64,000 bases of DNA. Origin: the human T2T-CHM13v2.0 reference genome, Homo sapiens. The DNA lies in assembly GCF_009914755.1 (NCBI RefSeq), contig NC_060928.1. One strand, 5' to 3'. The position numbers were made by a program, and so were the translations under genes. The notes under the pieces were generated by a model, which was not told the origin of the DNA, ran no database searches, and saw nothing but the letters and a program-made list of their open reading frames with translations. Positions 59,580 through 64,000 of the stretch are shown piece by piece; within the stretch, counting starts at the first letter, position 1, and each line of letters opens with the position of its first letter.

Positions 59580-59702
59580 TGGGAGGCTGAGGCTGGAGGA
59601 GTACTTGAGCCCAGGAGTTGGAGGTTACAGCACGCTATGATTACCACTATACTTCAGCCTGGGGTGAAAGAACAAAACCTTGTCTCAAAAATAATAATAA
59701 AT
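59580..59702 (+). mobile_element. AluJ/FRAM right-arm fragment
   Basis: GGGAGGCTGAGG...TTGAGCCCAGGAGTT...TGTCTCAAAA. Confidence 0.85.
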
Positions 59703-60746
59703 ACAATTTAATTTTTAATTTTTAACTTTTATTTCTAAGCTATGTTTTCTCATGTTTTTTTCTTCCTGCTGTCTCTCCAACTCTTCTGTGAAACCACAAT
59801 GTGAATAACAGACCTTTGTGTTCTTTTTTATACAAGTAATTGCTTCATTTAAAAAATTATAGTGAAATATATGATTAAACATTTTTCTCTGCTGTATACT
59901 AACATTTTCTGGTGAATGTCCTTCTGCTGCTTGCTTTTTCTCTCCTCTCTTCTTTGCTTCTGTGTTATCTGTGTTTGTATAGATACTGGCTCCTTTTGAT
60001 TACAAATGGGTTCATTCTTCTTCAAACTGCTATTTTTTTAGTCAGTAGAGGAGATGCAGCCATTGAGGGCCATTTACTTACAGAAAAAAAGGAGTAAAAG
60101 GAATCCCCTGGCATCTCTCTCTTCTCATCTTCTAATCTTCCAGAAGTGTTTATTGGCTGAACCGGCTAAGATTAGTTGGAATAAAACCCCTAGAACTGAG
60201 CTTTTGGTAGTCATCTCCCACTATATGGAATAAAGAAAAAAAAAAAAAGGCTGTTGGATGAATTGAGTGGCAAACTCTTATTCTTCTTCCTGTACATCCG
60301 TTCCAACTCAAGACTCCTTTCATCATTTCATCCTGGATACAACTCAAAGAGCTATAGTCCTTTTGCTTTCAATCAGAAATACCTGGCTAAACAAAGATAA
60401 GACTCGTGGTTTATAGGAAGGAGAGATGGAAATTACCATTTTATCTTTGAAATTTAGTAAAGACTGCAAAGAATTTTCCTTAGTGATGTGAGTAACATAT
60501 CTTCTGCAGCACAGAGGGCTTGCTGGAGTGTTCAATGCATGCTCTGAAGCTAAAAATTACCCATGGCTCATCCATCTTTCTCCTTATTAATCCTATGAAA
60601 TCACCAAGGTTAACATTGAAAGGTCTTTTTCACTCCAGGCCTGTGCTCCTGTACTAGACCTCTAGCCTCATCCCCTCTAAAGGAAGAAGAGTCCTCTTTT
60701 TCCTTCATATATATTTCCATCCTCTTGCTGGATGGAAACAAATAAA

Positions 60747-61040
60747 AATATATATCTCATATATATCTAGCTCATATATGTATCTCATATATATGATATA
60801 TGTGATATATAGATATATGATATATATATCATATATATAATAGATATATATCATATATATCATATCATAGATATATATCATATATATATCATAGATATAT
60901 AGATATATATATCTCATAGATATATATATCATAGATATCTATATATCATAGATATCTATATATATCATAGATATCTATATATATCTATGATATATATAGA
61001 TATCTATGATATATGTAGATATCATAGATATATATATATC
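60747..61040. repeat. Complex TA/GATA/TATC low-complexity tandem repeat
   Basis: Repeated TATATATCATAGATATC-type units. Confidence 0.9.
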
Positions 61041-61114
61041 TCAGACCCACATGCAAGAGGATGGAAAGACAGAAGGGTAAGACAGCCTTCTTGGAAATAA
61101 GAATAGATGCTCTC

Positions 61115-61554
<440 letters not shown>

Positions 61555-61932
61555 TTATTTTTCTGTGACATTCATCAGCCAAGGAAAGGGGCCCAGCAAA
61601 CCTCAGTGAGGTTCAAATTAAGTAAGAAGACCTTACTGTAATCAAAGATACTTTGCCTATTACCTGATTTTTAAGAGTTTAGGGTCTGAAGAATTCATAC
61701 TACAGGTATTTATATTCTAAACTTTTCTGCAAGTTACTTAGCGTATCTGAGTTTCAGATGCCTCATTTTGAAATGGGAATAACGATAAGAACAAGAGTAT
61801 AGGATTGATTTGATGATTAACTCAGATTAGTAAATAAGATCATAAAAATATAGCACCTAGGTGTTGTTATGATGATCACCATTATTGTTTTGCTGGTACA
61901 TGCGAACACGTATGTGCATATGTGCATGCATG

Positions 61933-62395
61933 CTGACCAGGGGAGCCTGAATGTTTCCCTTGTGACTAGATTTTAGTCAGGCTTCTTCCTGACTCTATGC
62001 TATGACCTTTTTTTTTCTTGGAGCACTTACCTTAGAAAACTTATAATTGTAAATTCTTTCTCTGCCCCTTTGAAATGTAAATCTTGAAAAAAAAAAAACT
62101 TGCCAATTTTACAACCCAGGGCTGTCAAGAACCTGGGAGTCATCCCTTTGAAATGTAATTATCAAGCAAGATAGTGCCCCTGTCTCCCAGGCTGTGCGGT
62201 TGAGTAGGAGTCTAACTTTTTCTGTAGTTATAACAGAGATGGCCTTTGATCTTCCCTTTCTGCACTCTAGCTTTTTAAAATTCTTGCCCTTTGTTTCAGT
62301 GGCGTTGAGTGCAGACAGCTGTGGCCTCTCTCCACTATTGCAATAGCTTGAAAAAGTCTTCCCTGCCTAACTTTGGAGCAACTTTTGCTTTCACA
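61933..62395 (+). mobile_element. MER34/MER39-like ERV1 LTR
   Basis: TTAGAAAACTTATAATTGTAAATTCTTTCTCTGCCCCTTTGAAATGTAAATC motif; TG...CA. Confidence 0.65.
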
Positions 62396-63214
62396 GTGCT
62401 ATGAGATGAACAAGGATTTTTAAACATATTTTCTAAATCTCATAGTGTATAAGGATTAACAACTCAGATAACACAGCTACTTGCGTATAGACAATTTTGC
62501 ACTAACGTGAATTACAGAAATTGATGAATAACAGTGTTTTGTTTGCTATTTCACATTAGCCTGTAGTCTGACACTTATCTTTAGTATGATTTTATGTTCT
62601 AAATGTTTTAGTAATTTTCATTTAAATAAAAGAGACAACCTATGAAACATTGATTTAAATTTTTTTTCATTTTCTTTTCCCTAAATAAATACGCAGGTCT
62701 TTATGCCTGCAGTAACATGTTTTAAAACCTTTCATCATGTGTACTCTCCCCCGGATATTTTATTATGAAGGTAATATTAAGTATCATCTTGAGGTGTATT
62801 GTTTTAGTTTTCATATGAATTCTGTGTTCTGGAAATATTCATTTTGATTTAAAAGACTATTTAAAAACTCATAGTTACCTGTAATTTGACATCTATGGAG
62901 AATAAGCATAAGTTAAGAGTTAATGTTGTATTTACTATTTTAGTCTATAGTCTTAAATCAACTTAAATATTAACATTTGAAAGCAAAACCTCTTTCATAT
63001 ATTATGAATCAAAACTAATTACCTTATTGCATGCTACCCTGTTAAACAGAGGTACAAATTAATTTGATAATTAAATTGTGAAATAAAATATCTAGAGAAA
63101 CTTTATAGACAAATTAGATAAAAGGCAGCCCTAACATGTAATCTTGACCATTTTTCCTGTAATTCTAAAATCAGATGGACCTCTCGGGCCAATTTTCCTA
63201 AACATTGAGGGGAG

Positions 63215-63216
<2 letters not shown>

Positions 63217-63265
<49 letters not shown>

Positions 63266-63308
63266 AGAGGGAGTCTCGCTCTGTCGCCCAGGCTGGAGTG
63301 CAGTGGCA
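63217..63308 (-). mobile_element. Severely 5'-truncated Alu (44-nt body plus ~48-nt A tail)
   Basis: TSD TGAGGGGAGAA at 63206-63216 and 63309-63319; right copy runs into CATTTTT|AA endonuclease site. Confidence 0.92.
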
Positions 63309-64000
63309 TGAGGGGAGAACATTTTTAATCCTTCTAGATACCCATGTCCCTATTATTTTTCAACTTTTGTTTCTCAAGAGTCTTTCTTAAGCTCAATTTG
63401 CTGCTATTTCCCCATATCCTCATATCACTGAAGCAAGAAAAAACTGGATGTCATTGTTTTAGCACTTAAAATTGCCTCTGAGCCTCTTTTCTCTTGGCTA
63501 ATGACTTTATAGTCTATTTTAGCAAAGAAAGAGAAAATGTAAAAATGAGAGAGTTATCATATTCCCTTATCATAAGATAGCAGTGGTAATATACACAGGA
63601 ATATTCTTTTCATGGTAAGGACCAAAATTGCCTCATCATATTCAAGACAAATGATAATAGACAGCATTTGAGTAATTTTTTCTTGAATATATTGAAATTT
63701 CAAAGAATATATAAATTCAAATCTATGGAATATTATCATAATGATATTATTTTAGTTCAGTAGTATTCTAAAAATGGATTATGGTTTCATTTCTACCTTT
63801 TTATTATTATCAAACATGTTTATTCTAATATATTCAGACAATTTTTGGAATATGGTTTTGAAACTCTATATCATTTCTCATAAATTTTATTTTACAATTA
63901 CTTTAACGTGTTAATGATATCTATTATTTTCTCTAGGAGCATTTTTTGTTAAATGCATTGTCAAAAATTTATGGATGCTTTTCTAAAAGTGTACTTTGTA

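Noticed and set aside
60705-61040. ORF and palindromic structure in the TA-rich tract
   Set aside because: Low-complexity repeat artefact.

Overview
AT-rich primate DNA, most likely hominine because it carries an L1PA2-type element. It is dominated by interspersed repeats: about 20 Alus/Alu monomers, a full-length ~6.05 kb L1PA2-like LINE-1 (intact ORF1, disrupted ORF2) nested in an older L1, LTR8A, MER50, MaLR LTRs, Tigger/MER DNA transposons, and L2, MIR and CR1/L3 relics. No intact host protein-coding gene is visible. Three things are not explained by ordinary repeat annotation. (1) About 15 minus-strand exon-like segments with AG/GT boundaries lie in the non-repeat islands from ~57.8 kb to ~2.2 kb; several splice into long low-stop frames with RGS-domain-like motifs, suggesting a decayed multi-exon (unitary) pseudogene. 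(2) An AluY at 45.5 kb carries ~80 bp of the unique 5' flank of another AluY 6.6 kb away, inside its own TSD, which looks like a local Alu 5'-transduction that created an inverted repeat. (3) A TSD-flanked, A-tailed retrocopy of an LTR12 fragment. All calls were made by eye: subfamily names come from recalled consensus motifs and old-repeat boundaries are approximate.
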